A stretch of 64,000 nucleotides of DNA from an uncultured Bacilli bacterium. Lineage in GTDB: Bacteria > Bacillota_I > Bacilli_A > RF39 > UBA660. The stretch spans positions 1,304 through 65,303 of the forward strand of contig CANQYE010000003.1 in assembly GCA_947627995.1 (NCBI GenBank). Direction: 5' to 3'. Below the pieces are notes generated by a model. That model ran no database searches and was not told where the DNA came from. It saw only the letters and a list, made by a program, of their open reading frames with translations. Below, one piece after another: positions 30,769 through 40,495 of this stretch. The translations under genes were made by a program, and so were the position numbers. The number at the start of each line of letters is the position of its first letter. The first letter of the stretch is position 1.

Positions 30769-31071
30769 ATGAAAGCAATTTTTGTTACAGGTGGAAAACA
30801 ATATTATGTTGGCGTTGGTGATGAAATATATGTAGAAAAAATAAATGCAGAAGTTTCTACTAAAGTTGAATTTACTGATGTATTATATGTTGATGGAATA
30901 ACAGGAAAACCAAATGTAAAAAACGCTAAAGTCGTTTGTGAAGTTCTTAAACATGGAAAAAACAAAAAAATAATTGTTTTTAAATATAGACCTAAGAAAA
31001 AATATCGTAACAAACAAGGGCATCGACAACCATATACAAAATTAAAAGTTGTAGATATAATTACTAAATAA
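30769..31071 (+). CDS. rplU: 50S ribosomal protein L21
   Basis: [14 protein letters not shown] starts 7 nt after GGAGG. The track ORF start at 30727 is an upstream extension. Confidence 0.9.
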   Translation: MKAIFVTGGKQYYVGVGDEIYVEKINAEVSTKVEFTDVLYVDGITGKPNVKNAKVVCEVLKHGKNKKIIVFKYRPKKKYRNKQGHRQPYTKLKVVDIITK

Positions 31072-31385
31072 TGATAAGAATATATATAAAAGAATCTAAT
31101 AATTTAATTAAATATGTTTCTATTAAAGGGCATGCTAATTATGATATATTTGGTAAAGACATAGTATGTTCAAGCGTATCATCTATAGTAATTACGACAA
31201 TCAATGCAATATTACGTATTGATAAAAAAGCTTGTGAATATTCAAATAAATCTGGTTTTTTAGAAATTAAAAATATAAAAGAAAATAAAATTACAAATCT
31301 TCTTTTAGAAAATATGTATGATTTATTATTAGATTTACAAAAGCAATATAAAAAAAATATATTAGTTGAAAGGGAAGTGAATTAA
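31071..31385 (+). CDS. prp: Ribosomal-processing cysteine protease Prp (YsxB)
   Basis: It lies between rplU and rpmA and carries the His (KGHANY) and Cys (VCSSVSS) catalytic dyad. Confidence 0.8.
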   Translation: MIRIYIKESNNLIKYVSIKGHANYDIFGKDIVCSSVSSIVITTINAILRIDKKACEYSNKSGFLEIKNIKENKITNLLLENMYDLLLDLQKQYKKNILVEREVN

Positions 31386-31667
31386 ATGAAGTTACTAAAA
31401 TTGAACATTCAATTATTCGCTCATAAAAAAGGACAATCTTCAACTCAAAACGGTAGAGATTCTCGCGGTAGAAGATTAGGTGCTAAAGCAGCTGATGGTC
31501 AAAAAGTTCCAGCAGGATCTATTATTTATCGTCAAAGAGGTACTAAAATATATCCTGGCAAAAATGTAGGTATGGGGAAAGATCATACTTTATTTGCTAA
31601 AATTAATGGAATTGTAAAATATGAGAGAATGGGCAGAGATAAAAAGAAAGTTTCTGTTTATGAATAA
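31386..31667 (+). CDS. rpmA: 50S ribosomal protein L27 with a Prp-cleavable N-terminal extension
   Basis: [11 protein letters not shown]|[15 protein letters not shown]; the QLFA cleavage motif is as in B. subtilis. Confidence 0.92.
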   Translation: MKLLKLNIQLFAHKKGQSSTQNGRDSRGRRLGAKAADGQKVPAGSIIYRQRGTKIYPGKNVGMGKDHTLFAKINGIVKYERMGRDKKKVSVYE

Positions 31668-31671
31668 TAAA

Positions 31672-31697
31672 GAAGGGATTTAATAATCCCTTTTTTA
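31672..31697 (+). terminator. Rho-independent terminator
   Basis: aagggatttaataatccctt followed by ttttt. Confidence 0.6.
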
Positions 31698-31765
31698 TTG
31701 ACATAATTATTTTAAAATTGCAATTTTTATGTTAAAATTATATTTGAAAATATAGTGGTGATACA

Positions 31766-32053
31766 ATGGAAAATTTGAATATTAATACTTTAAATGATTT
31801 ATATGAGCGTTTAATACCGGCATTAAATGTTAAAGTAAATGAAATAAAAAGATTAGGAATTAAATATATTAAAAAAGAAGATGTTTGGAATTATTTATTT
31901 GAGAAAGTATGGGCATTAAAAAGCAATCTGACACTATCTGAAATGGTAGATGATATTATAAATGTCGATACTAATTGTTTAGACAAATATCTTAAATATA
32001 AATTTCAAAATACAAAAAGAGAAATTAATTTTGATAATAATAATATTTTATAG
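31766..32053 (+). CDS. ComN (YrzD)-like post-transcriptional regulator
   Basis: EDVWNYLFEKVWALKSNLTLSEMVDDII resembles the ComN-family core. It sits upstream of rel as yrzD does in Bacillus. Confidence 0.4.
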   Translation: MENLNINTLNDLYERLIPALNVKVNEIKRLGIKYIKKEDVWNYLFEKVWALKSNLTLSEMVDDIINVDTNCLDKYLKYKFQNTKREINFDNNNIL

Positions 32054-32064
32054 GAGTGATTATA

Positions 32065-34206
32065 ATGGAAAAAAATACTATAACATATGAAAGTTTTTTT
32101 AATATAATCAGTAATAAATTTAATGAAGAAGAAATAAAACAAATTAAAAGGGCTTATGAATTTGCTGAAAAACATCATTTAGGCAAAAAAAGAAAAACAG
32201 GGGATGATTACATTACACATCCTTTAAATGTTGCCTATATTCTGCTAGAATTAAATGTAGATTATATTACTATAATTTCAGCATTAATACATGAAACAGT
32301 TAATAATGGTGATGCAACCTTTGAAGAAATTGAAGAAAATTTTGGGAAAGAGATAACAAATATTGTTAAAATAATAAGTAAAATAAATAAAATGAATTAT
32401 AATGAGGATACTGAATCCAATAACTTGTATTTTCGCAAAATTGTTGTTGGATTAGCTGAAGACGTTCGAGTATTATTTATAAAATTAGCAGATCGACTTC
32501 ATAATATGAGAACTGTTTGGGCACTAACACCTGAAAAACAAAAACAAAGAGCAACGGAAACAATGAATGTATTAATTCCAATTGCCCATAGACTAGGAAT
32601 AAATGCAATTAAAAGTGAATTAGAAGATTTATGCTTAAAATATTTGAAACCAGAAGTTTACGACTCAATTATAGAAAAACTTGATGAATCAAGAGAACAC
32701 ATGAACAAAGTATTACAAGAAATGCAACAAAATATTTGTGATATTCTTTTAGAAAACGATATTAAGTTTCAAATAAAAAGTCGCGTAAAAAGTATTCATA
32801 GTATATATAATAAATTACAAAATGGGAAAAAATTTAGTGATATTTATGATATATTAGCTCTTAGAGTAATACTGGATAAAGTTAGTGATTGTTATTTAGC
32901 CGTAGGTTTAATACATGCTAAATATCGACCAATGCCAAAAAGATTTAAAGATTATATTTCAATGCCAAAAGAAAATATGTATCAATCTCTACATACAACT
33001 GTTTTTGGAATAGATGGTTATTTATTTGAAATTCAATTACGCACTCATGAAATGAATGAAATTGCTGAGCATGGAATTGCTTCTCATTGGTCATATAAAG
33101 AACATGGAAGCGTAAAAATTCAAAATATGATGGAACAAAAATTAGAATTTTTCCGAAATATAATAGATTCTAAAGAGGAAATGGATCATGATATTGAAGA
33201 ATCAATTAATCAAGAATTATTAAAACAACAAATATATGTTTTTACACCTAAAGGTGATATTATAGAACTACCAAAAGGTGCAACTCCTATAGATTTTGCA
33301 TATAAAATACATTCTAAAGTTGGAGATACTACTATAGGTGCTATTGTTAATGACAAAATTGTTCCTTTAAGTGAACCTTTAAATGATGGAGATATAGTTA
33401 AAATTCAAACAAATAAAAATAGCATACCTAAAAATGAGTGGCTAAAATTTGTAAAAACAAGTCAAGCTAAAAATAAAATTAAAGCATATTTTAGTAAACA
33501 AGATCGTATTATTTATGAAAATAAAGGTAAAGAATTGCTTGAAAAAGAGCTTAGAAAAAGGCATATTGCCTTTAATGATATTTTTAATCAAGAAAATATA
33601 AATAAACTTCTAGCTTTAACTAAAGTTCATGAAATAGAAGATATTTATTTTGGAATTGGTTCTTTAAGGTATACTTCGGCTTATATTATTAATTTAATAA
33701 TAGAGCATGAATCAAGTAAAGAAAACTTAACTAATAAACTAATTAATAATCATACAGATTTCAACGAAGACTATAATAGTGATATTATTGTTGAAGGTAT
33801 TGGAGATATTAAAGTAAATCTTGCAAATTGTTGCAAGCCAATTAAAGGTGATGATATTATTGGTTATGTAACAAAAGGGAATGGAATCTCTATTCATAAA
33901 AGCGATTGTTATAATATTAATAATATAAAAGATCGTATTATTGATGTATATTGGAACGAATCAGTATTAAAAGAATATTTAACTGATATTATAATAGAAA
34001 CTACATCTAATGATAATCCTTTATTAGAAATTGTTAAAGTAACAAGTTCACTTAAAATAAATGTAATAAATGTTAAAAGTTTTAAAACCGATGGTTTTGA
34101 TAATTATAATTTATCAATTAAAGTAAAAAATATTCAAGAATTGAATAATTTAATAAAAGAATTAAATAAAATAAATTTTATCAAAAATGTTAGAAGAGGA
34201 AATTAA
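32065..34206 (+). CDS. relA: GTP pyrophosphokinase Rel/RelA ((p)ppGpp synthetase with a variant HD hydrolase domain)
   Basis: The synthetase motifs RPMPKRFKDYISMPKENMYQSLHTTV and EIQLRTHEMNEIAEHGIASHW are present, with TGS and ACT regions. The hydrolase motif is IHETVNNG in place of the usual LHDVVEDT. ATG lies 8 nt after AGGAG. Confidence 0.9.
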   Translation: MEKNTITYESFFNIISNKFNEEEIKQIKRAYEFAEKHHLGKKRKTGDDYITHPLNVAYILLELNVDYITIISALIHETVNNGDATFEEIEENFGKEITNIVKIISKINKMNYNEDTESNNLYFRKIVVGLAEDVRVLFIKLADRLHNMRTVWALTPEKQKQRATETMNVLIPIAHRLGINAIKSELEDLCLKYLKPEVYDSIIEKLDESREHMNKVLQEMQQNICDILLENDIKFQIKSRVKSIHSIYNKLQNGKKFSDIYDILALRVILDKVSDCYLAVGLIHAKYRPMPKRFKDYISMPKENMYQSLHTTVFGIDGYLFEIQLRTHEMNEIAEHGIASHWSYKEHGSVKIQNMMEQKLEFFRNIIDSKEEMDHDIEESINQELLKQQIYVFTPKGDIIELPKGATPIDFAYKIHSKVGDTTIGAIVNDKIVPLSEPLNDGDIVKIQTNKNSIPKNEWLKFVKTSQAKNKIKAYFSKQDRIIYENKGKELLEKELRKRHIAFNDIFNQENINKLLALTKVHEIEDIYFGIGSLRYTSAYIINLIIEHESSKENLTNKLINNHTDFNEDYNSDIIVEGIGDIKVNLANCCKPIKGDDIIGYVTKGNGISIHKSDCYNINNIKDRIIDVYWNESVLKEYLTDIIIETTSNDNPLLEIVKVTSSLKINVINVKSFKTDGFDNYNLSIKVKNIQELNNLIKELNKINFIKNVRRGN

Positions 34207-34652
34207 TGAAAGTTATAGTTCAAAGAAGCCAAAATAGTAATGTTATTATTAATAATAAAATATATAACAAAATAGATAAAGGGCTTGTATTATTAGTTTC
34301 TTTTCATAAAAATGATGATGAAACAATATTTGAGTATATAATAAATAAAATTTTGCATTTGCGAATTTTTAATGATGAAAAAAATATAATGAATAAAAAT
34401 ATTTTAGAGATTAATGGAGAAATATTATCCATTAGTCAATTTACATTATATGCAGATATTAAAAAAGGCAATAGACCATCATACATTAATGCTAAAAATC
34501 ATGATGATGCAAAAATTCTTTATGATAAGTTTAATAAAGAATTAGCTAAATTTATTCCCGTTAAAATAGGAATTTTTGGGGAAGATATGCTTGTAAATAT
34601 CCATAATGATGGTCCAGTTACAATTATTATTGAAAAAAACAAAGAAATATAA
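34206..34652 (+). CDS. dtd: D-aminoacyl-tRNA deacylase
   Basis: MKVIVQRSQNSNV is present and the C-terminus ends NDGPVTIIIE. Confidence 0.85.
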   Translation: MKVIVQRSQNSNVIINNKIYNKIDKGLVLLVSFHKNDDETIFEYIINKILHLRIFNDEKNIMNKNILEINGEILSISQFTLYADIKKGNRPSYINAKNHDDAKILYDKFNKELAKFIPVKIGIFGEDMLVNIHNDGPVTIIIEKNKEI

Positions 34653-34685
34653 GATAATATATTTAAGATAGAAATGGGTGAGAGA

Positions 34686-35705
34686 ATGAGAGTACTAGCA
34701 ATTGGTCATATTTCTTATGATATTAATATACCAATAACAAATATGCCAGTGGAAAATGAAAAATACAAAGTAACTAATAATGTAAACTGTGGTGGGGGAA
34801 GTGTTGCTAACGCAGCATGTTTATTAGGCAAATGGGGAATAGAAACGTACATGGCAGGAGTCATTGGCAACGATAATTATGGTAAAAATATTATTCAAGA
34901 ATTTAAAATGGCGAATGTCAAAACAGATTTAATTGAAACAAATTATGAAAATGATACTTCTTTATCTTTTATTTTAATAAATCAAAATACAGGCAATAAA
35001 ACCATATATAGTTTAATAAAGGATAATTTATTTTTAAAAAAGCATGATTTTCAATATGCACCAGATATAATAGTAGTAGATGGTTATGATTTTAATGCAG
35101 CAATTGCAGCTTTTAATAAATATCCTAATGCGATTAAGATTATGAATGCTAATTACTTTAATGAAGCAACAATCAAATTGTCTAAATATACTAATTATGT
35201 AATATGTTCTAAAAATTTTGCAGAAAATTTAGCTAAAATAAAATTCGATATTAATAATCAAACTACCTATGCTAAAATATATCAATATTTAAAAGATTAT
35301 TATAAAGGTGATATTATAATAACATTAGGAGAAAACGGTGTTCTATATTCATTAAATAATCAAATTAAATTATTACCTTCATACAAAACAAAAGTATTAG
35401 ATACAACAGGAGCTAAAGATATTTTTCTTGGAGCATTTGCTTATGCTATTTCTACAAGTAAAACAAAAGAAGATGCTATAAAGCTTGCTAATATTGCCGC
35501 TGGATTATCAGTGGAAATTATGGGAGGAAGGCTTTCAATTCCTGATTTAATTAAAGTAACATCAATTTTTAATCCTTCAAATAATCAAGTATCTGCAAAT
35601 CAACCAATATTAAATACAAATATTAATCAAATGCAGCAAAATACAGTTCAATCATCTCAAAATCAAGTTATTAATAATGAACAAAATAATCAAACGAAAA
35701 ATTGA
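34686..35705 (+). CDS. PfkB-family carbohydrate kinase with a Q/N-rich C-terminal tail
   Basis: GGGSVANAA and DTTGAKDIF (the ribokinase DTTGAGD-type motif) are present. The last 45 aa or so are N/Q-rich low complexity. Confidence 0.7.
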   Translation: MRVLAIGHISYDINIPITNMPVENEKYKVTNNVNCGGGSVANAACLLGKWGIETYMAGVIGNDNYGKNIIQEFKMANVKTDLIETNYENDTSLSFILINQNTGNKTIYSLIKDNLFLKKHDFQYAPDIIVVDGYDFNAAIAAFNKYPNAIKIMNANYFNEATIKLSKYTNYVICSKNFAENLAKIKFDINNQTTYAKIYQYLKDYYKGDIIITLGENGVLYSLNNQIKLLPSYKTKVLDTTGAKDIFLGAFAYAISTSKTKEDAIKLANIAAGLSVEIMGGRLSIPDLIKVTSIFNPSNNQVSANQPILNTNINQMQQNTVQSSQNQVINNEQNNQTKN

Positions 35706-35961
35706 CCCTTTTACAATAAATTTACCAAAATTAGATTTACATGGCGAAACAAGAGATACTATGGTTTTTGTTGTAAATGATTTTATTAATGATAATATAA
35801 AACTTAAAAATAAAAAAATAATAATTGTGCATGGAAAAGGAAAATATATTTTAAGAAACAAATTAAAAGAAATGTTAAACAAAAACTTATATGTTAAAAA
35901 TTTTAGAATTGATCCTTTAAATAGTGGTCAAAGCATAATTGAGCTAAAATTTGACAAATAA
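35677..35961 (+). CDS. Smr-domain protein
   Basis: LDLHGETRDTM...IIIVHGKGKYILRNKL matches Smr. It overlaps the kinase tail by 29 nt in another frame. Confidence 0.55.
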   Translation: MNKIIKRKIDPFTINLPKLDLHGETRDTMVFVVNDFINDNIKLKNKKIIIVHGKGKYILRNKLKEMLNKNLYVKNFRIDPLNSGQSIIELKFDK

Positions 35962-36028
35962 GTTTTTTTGTTATATTATATTCACACATAGAAAGGTATA
36001 GTATATTGTCACAAATTTGACATAATAC

Positions 36029-36057
36029 GTTGAATATGCTATAATTAAATTACATTA
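36029..36057 (+). promoter_or_regulatory. Perfect consensus sigma-A promoter (TTGACA, 17 nt, TATAAT), with an overlapping inverted repeat TGTCA-n6-TGACA
   Basis: The sequence TTGACAtaatacgttgaatatgcTATAAT is read directly. The IR is ttgtcacaaatttgaca. Confidence 0.5.
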
Positions 36058-36084
36058 GGGGAAATATTTAGGGGGGTTGATACA

Positions 36085-36510
36085 ATGAAAAACACATATT
36101 TTTCTTTAGATTATGTTAACGAAAATGAATTTAGAAAATTAGAAAGATCTTTACGTAAGTATAATATGCTTGCTTATAAAAAATTAAGTTTTACTTATTA
36201 TCCGGAGCTTAGAAAAGGTAATTTTATTGGAGAAATGATTTCTCAAAACAAAAAAAATGGATCTATGACTTATGAATTAAAATTACCTAGTGATTCTACT
36301 TTTGCCCATATTTATGGAGAGGTTAAATTAAAATATATTGTTTATCAAAATGAAAAAACAATATTACTTGAAACAATAACGCCAGAAGAAATATTAATAA
36401 AAGGACATAAAGAAGAATTAACTGCTTATAAAGGTATCATGATTGATAAAGAAAACGCTGCTAAAGAAAAATTTAAAATTGATTTACTTAATGCATTACA
36501 AGATAAATAA
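36085..36510 (+). CDS. Hypothetical protein (141 aa)
   Basis: The ORF has a strong promoter and Shine-Dalgarno sequence. No motif recognised. Confidence 0.4.
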   Translation: MKNTYFSLDYVNENEFRKLERSLRKYNMLAYKKLSFTYYPELRKGNFIGEMISQNKKNGSMTYELKLPSDSTFAHIYGEVKLKYIVYQNEKTILLETITPEEILIKGHKEELTAYKGIMIDKENAAKEKFKIDLLNALQDK

Positions 36511-36566
36511 TATTATTTATCTTTTTTTATAAAAAAAAAACGTTAGTAAACGTGTATTAATCTAAA

Positions 36567-36642
36567 TGGTGCTGAAGGTAAGGATTAAACTTACGACCTA
36601 TCGCTTACGAGGCGATTGCTCTATCAACTGAGCTACTTCAGC
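36567..36642 (-). tRNA. tRNA-Thr (CGU) with an atypical T-loop
   Basis: Reverse complement GCTGAAGTAGCTCAGTTGATAGAGCAATCGCCTCGTAAGCGATAGGTCGTAAGTTTAATCCTTACCTTCAGCACCA. The anticodon loop is CTCGTAA. T-loop TTTAATC pairs with a D-loop G18A19 covariation. Confidence 0.7.
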
Positions 36643-36724
36643 ATTTTTAATTCATTTATATTATATCCAAAATTTATATTTTTATCAATAAAAAACAGCA
36701 CTAAGCTGTTCTTTTTTACTAAAT

Positions 36725-36801
36725 TGGTGACCCGTACGGGATTTGAACCCATGAATGCATGCGTGAAAGGCATGTGTGTTAAACCACTTCACCAACGGGC
36801 C
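36725..36801 (-). tRNA. tRNA-Glu (UUC)
   Basis: Reverse complement GGCCCGTTGGTGAAGTGG...CCTTTCACG...GGGTTCAAATCCCGTACGGGTCACCA is nearly identical in its arms to B. subtilis tRNA-Glu. Confidence 0.9.
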
Positions 36802-36809
36802 ATATAAAA

Positions 36810-36886
<77 letters not shown>

Positions 36887-37143
36887 ATTTAAGAAAGACC
36901 TATTTCATTTTATAACATAAATAAGAAATATGCAAGTATTTTTTTTATTTATTTTAATTTTAACTATTTATTTTTATCATTATTATAATTTATTAGTTGC
37001 TGCAAAATATTTTTCATTTATATTATAATCTTTTTTTTAATTCCTCAAAATATCTTTTAAATTTTCTTTATTATAATTTCCTTTTGCAATTTCTTTCTGA
37101 CATCTTTCCATTAAAGTATACATCTATTATTTTTAATTGTAAT

Positions 37144-37168
37144 AAAAAAAGTCTATAAAATAGACTTT
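37144..37168 (-). terminator. Rho-independent terminator downstream of tRNA-Lys on the minus strand
   Basis: On the minus strand, aaagtctattttatagac is followed by ttttttt. Confidence 0.5.
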
Positions 37169-37178
37169 GCATTTAAAA

Positions 37179-37254
37179 TGGTGTCCCCTTAGGGATTCGA
37201 ACCCTAGACCCACTGATTAAGAGTCAGTTGCTCTACCAACTGAGCTAAGGAGAC
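37179..37254 (-). tRNA. tRNA-Lys (CUU)
   Basis: Reverse complement GTCTCCTTAGCTCAGTTGGTAGAGCAACTGACTCTTAATCAGTGGGTC...GGGGACACCA; the anticodon loop is CTCTTAA. Confidence 0.85.
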
Positions 37255-37438
37255 ATCACAAGATGATTATAGCATTTTTTTTAGAAATTTACAAATTATT
37301 TTATAAATAATTTTAAGATTATGATATAATTAAATTAAGAATGAAAGGAAGTTAAAAAATCATCAATTATTTATCATGATGACATATCCTTAAGTGTTGG
37401 GCCCATATTAATAATTAAAAATTAGAAAGGTTGATAAT

Positions 37439-38230
37439 ATGAATTTAGAGGGAAAAATTGCTGTTATTACAGGTGGCGCTATGGGAAATGGAAAAGGTAT
37501 TGCTGAAGTATTTGGAAATTTAAAAGCAAAAATATTTATTCTAGATGTATCCAAAGAGCTCAAAAATACTATCATTTTTTTAAAAAAACAAGGCTATAAT
37601 GCTACAGGTTATAATATTGACATAACAAACAAAGAATTAGTAGATAAATGTATAAAAGATATAATTAGTAAAAACAAAAGAATTGATATTTTAGTAAATA
37701 ATGCTGGAGTTGCTAAGTTAGCTCCCTTTGTAAAAATGAGTGATAAAATTAGAGATTTTCATTTCAATGTAAATATTGTTGGAACATGGAATGTCACTAA
37801 ATCCGTTCTTCCGTATATGATAAAAAATAACTATGGAAAAATTATTAATTTATCTAGTGTAACGGGATTAATGGTTGCTGATCCTGGCGAAGTAGCTTAT
37901 GCAACAACTAAAGCTGCTCTAATTGGTTTTACTAAATCATTAGCTGTTGAAGTTGTAAAAAATAATATAACCGTAAATGCCATTTGTCCTGGATATATCA
38001 AAACTCCTATGGTAGATGGCATTGCTAAAGAAACCAATGCTAAAAATCCTAGTAATGTTATTAAAGGTATTGCGGATGCTATTCCTATGGGAAGACTTGG
38101 AACAATATATGAGCTTGGTAATTTAGCAGCATTTTTAGCAAGTGATGCATCTTCATATATAACTGGAAGAGAATTTGTAATTGATGGCGGTTCAACTCTA
38201 CCTGAAACAATTAGTGTTGGGGTTAATTAA
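37439..38230 (+). CDS. SDR-family oxidoreductase
   Basis: TGGAMGNGKGIA (a Rossmann motif), NNAG and the Y-x3-K YATTKAAL are present. Confidence 0.8.
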   Translation: MNLEGKIAVITGGAMGNGKGIAEVFGNLKAKIFILDVSKELKNTIIFLKKQGYNATGYNIDITNKELVDKCIKDIISKNKRIDILVNNAGVAKLAPFVKMSDKIRDFHFNVNIVGTWNVTKSVLPYMIKNNYGKIINLSSVTGLMVADPGEVAYATTKAALIGFTKSLAVEVVKNNITVNAICPGYIKTPMVDGIAKETNAKNPSNVIKGIADAIPMGRLGTIYELGNLAAFLASDASSYITGREFVIDGGSTLPETISVGVN

Positions 38231-38347
38231 ATCTTATAGGCTTTAAAAGTCTTTTTTAATATAAAAAATTTGTAATATTTGATTAATTATGGTAATATAT
38301 TAAAAATTTTGTATAATTATTATAAAAATAACAAATGAAAGGATTTT

Positions 38348-39010
38348 ATGAGCTTAATTGAAAATTTACCATATAAAAAGAATATATTATTAATTAGTGG
38401 TATTGGAACGCAAGAATATAACCAACAAATTACTTTAGCAAAATATTTTTGTAATACTGATTTAAATGATAGATATTATTTAAGATTAAACATTATAAAA
38501 AATGGACAAATTATTAATCAAGGTTATATGTATTTTTATTTAAATAGTAATCTTAATGAAAGTAAATTTATTGGCATTGGAGTAAAAGAAGATTTTAGAA
38601 ATAATGGCATTGCTTCATTATTAATTTCAAGTTGGATCAGATTTTGTTTAGATGAAGGATTTTATAATTTAAAAACAAATTTAAAACAAAGAAAACCATT
38701 TATCTTATATCTTTTAAAAAAATATAATTTTGAATTAGCAGATATAGACAAATATGATATTTCAATTAAAACAATTTATATTTGCCAAAAAGAAGGTTGT
38801 TTTAGTAAATATTTGATTTTTAAAGATCCACAAGAAGAAAGAAGATTTAGAAATAGCAATGTTATGAAGTCTGATAATTATAAAATAATATCTTTTGATG
38901 ATGATGTTAAAATTCTCGATAAAGTTATTTTATCAGAACCATATTTTTTACAAAATAATGAAAAAGCTTATCAAAAATCATTGCAAATTTATAATAAACA
39001 TAGAATATAA
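38348..39010 (+). CDS. Possible GNAT-family acetyltransferase
   Basis: IGIGVKEDFRNNGIASLLISSWIRF resembles the GNAT motif A (R/Q-x-x-G-x-G/A). The call is weak. Confidence 0.35.
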   Translation: MSLIENLPYKKNILLISGIGTQEYNQQITLAKYFCNTDLNDRYYLRLNIIKNGQIINQGYMYFYLNSNLNESKFIGIGVKEDFRNNGIASLLISSWIRFCLDEGFYNLKTNLKQRKPFILYLLKKYNFELADIDKYDISIKTIYICQKEGCFSKYLIFKDPQEERRFRNSNVMKSDNYKIISFDDDVKILDKVILSEPYFLQNNEKAYQKSLQIYNKHRI

Positions 39011-39061
39011 ATAAATCCTAATTTTTTCTTGACTAAATTAACTATTTTAGGTTAAAATAAA

Positions 39062-39200
39062 ATTGTAATTTTTACTTAAGGAGTGACGCCCTTAATTAAA
39101 AGTAAAACGCAGAAATGTGATAAAGTAAGATTAAGCCAAAAAGTAGGGTGGCACCGTGAATATTTTTTTCACCCCTATGGATTTTGGCTTTTTTATTTTT
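39062..39200 (+). promoter_or_regulatory. T-box leader of the hisS-aspS operon (short)
   Basis: AGGGTGGCACCGTG (13/14 to the T-box consensus) lies at 39144-39157, and a terminator ttttggctttttt ends at 39196. An upstream TTGACT-17-TAAAAT promoter is present. Confidence 0.55.
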
Positions 39201-39213
39201 AAGGAGGATAACG

Positions 39214-40479
39214 ATGATAAGTAAACCCAAAGGTACTGTTGATTTAATTAAAACTGATTCAAAATATTATAAATATATTTCAGATGTATTTGATGCATAT
39301 TGTGAAAAATATAATTATAAATTTATTAGAACGCCAATATTTGAAGCTAGTGAATTATTCCATAGAGGAGTTGGCGATTCTTCAGATATTGTACGTAAAG
39401 AAACATATGATTTTAAAGATAGAGGAGATAGAAATATTACTTTGCGTCCTGAAGGTACTGCGGGAGTAGTTAGAAGTTTTATTGAAAATAAAATGTATGC
39501 AGATGTAATCCAACCTGTAAAATTATATTATAATGGTACAATGTATCGTTATGAGCGACCTCAAAGTGGACGTCTTCGCGAATTTACTCAATTAGGAGTA
39601 GAAATATTTGGTTCAAATGATCCTTTAATTGATGCAGAAATCATATCTCTTCCTATTAATATTTATAATTCCTTAGGCATAGAAAACACAGTTGTTAAAA
39701 TCAATTCTCTTGGTGATAATGAATCTCGAGAAAATTATAAAAAAGCATTAAAAGAGTACATAAAACCTCATTTAAATGATTTATGTAGTGATTGTAAAGA
39801 AAGATTTGAAAAAAATCCTTTAAGAATACTTGATTGTAAAATAGATAAAGATAGCGATATTTTAAAAAATGCTCCTAAAATATCAAATTATTTAAGTGAT
39901 AAAAGTAAATCTCATTTTAAAAAAGTAATTGAATATTTAGAATTATTAGAAATAAATTATGAGATAAATGAAAATTTAGTAAGAGGTCTTGATTATTATA
40001 CAGATACTGTATTTGAAATTGAAACTAACTTAAAGGAACTTGGAACGGCAAACGTACTCGGTGCAGGAGGAAGGTATAATAATTTAGTTCAAGATTTAGG
40101 AGGACCAGAAACTCCAGCGGTTGGATTTGCTCTTGGTATTGATAGATTAATAGCTATTCTTAAACTAAAAGAAATAAATATTCCTATAAAAAATGAAATA
40201 GATGCATATATAATGTATGTAAATGAAACTGAAAAAGAAAAGGCAATTTATTTAAATCAAAATCTTCGATTAAATGGATTTATTTCTGAGATTAATTCAT
40301 TAAATAAAACATTAAAAGCTCAATTTAAAGAGGCAGATAGATATAACGCAAAATACTTAATTATATTGAATTCAGAAGATTTTAAAGAAAGTTTAATTAC
40401 AATAAAAGATAACATAACAAAAGAAGAAGAAAAAATAAAAGAACTAGATTTAATTGAATATCTAGATACACATTTATAG
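39214..40479 (+). CDS. hisS: Histidyl-tRNA synthetase
   Basis: KGTVDL, the class II motifs (RYERPQSGRLREFTQ) and the GGRYNNL motif are present. ATG follows an AAGGAGG Shine-Dalgarno sequence. Confidence 0.9.
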   Translation: MISKPKGTVDLIKTDSKYYKYISDVFDAYCEKYNYKFIRTPIFEASELFHRGVGDSSDIVRKETYDFKDRGDRNITLRPEGTAGVVRSFIENKMYADVIQPVKLYYNGTMYRYERPQSGRLREFTQLGVEIFGSNDPLIDAEIISLPINIYNSLGIENTVVKINSLGDNESRENYKKALKEYIKPHLNDLCSDCKERFEKNPLRILDCKIDKDSDILKNAPKISNYLSDKSKSHFKKVIEYLELLEINYEINENLVRGLDYYTDTVFEIETNLKELGTANVLGAGGRYNNLVQDLGGPETPAVGFALGIDRLIAILKLKEINIPIKNEIDAYIMYVNETEKEKAIYLNQNLRLNGFISEINSLNKTLKAQFKEADRYNAKYLIILNSEDFKESLITIKDNITKEEEKIKELDLIEYLDTHL

Positions 40480-40495
40480 AAAGGAAAAATTAATA

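Noticed and set aside
36511-36540. Terminator after the 141-aa hypothetical
   Set aside because: There is only an A/T-only palindrome (ataaata/tatttat) plus a T-run, which is too weak to call.
36616-36807. 63-aa plus-strand ORF
   Set aside because: It overlaps the tRNA-Thr and tRNA-Glu genes on the other strand and is an artefact.
37037-37123. 28-codon minus-strand ORF (MYTLMERCQKEIAKGNYNKENLKDILRN) between tRNA-Ile and tRNA-Lys
   Set aside because: No Shine-Dalgarno sequence, and it lies in a tRNA spacer. It is probably chance.
39284-39469. 61-aa ORF inside hisS in another frame
   Set aside because: It is internal to a conserved synthetase gene.
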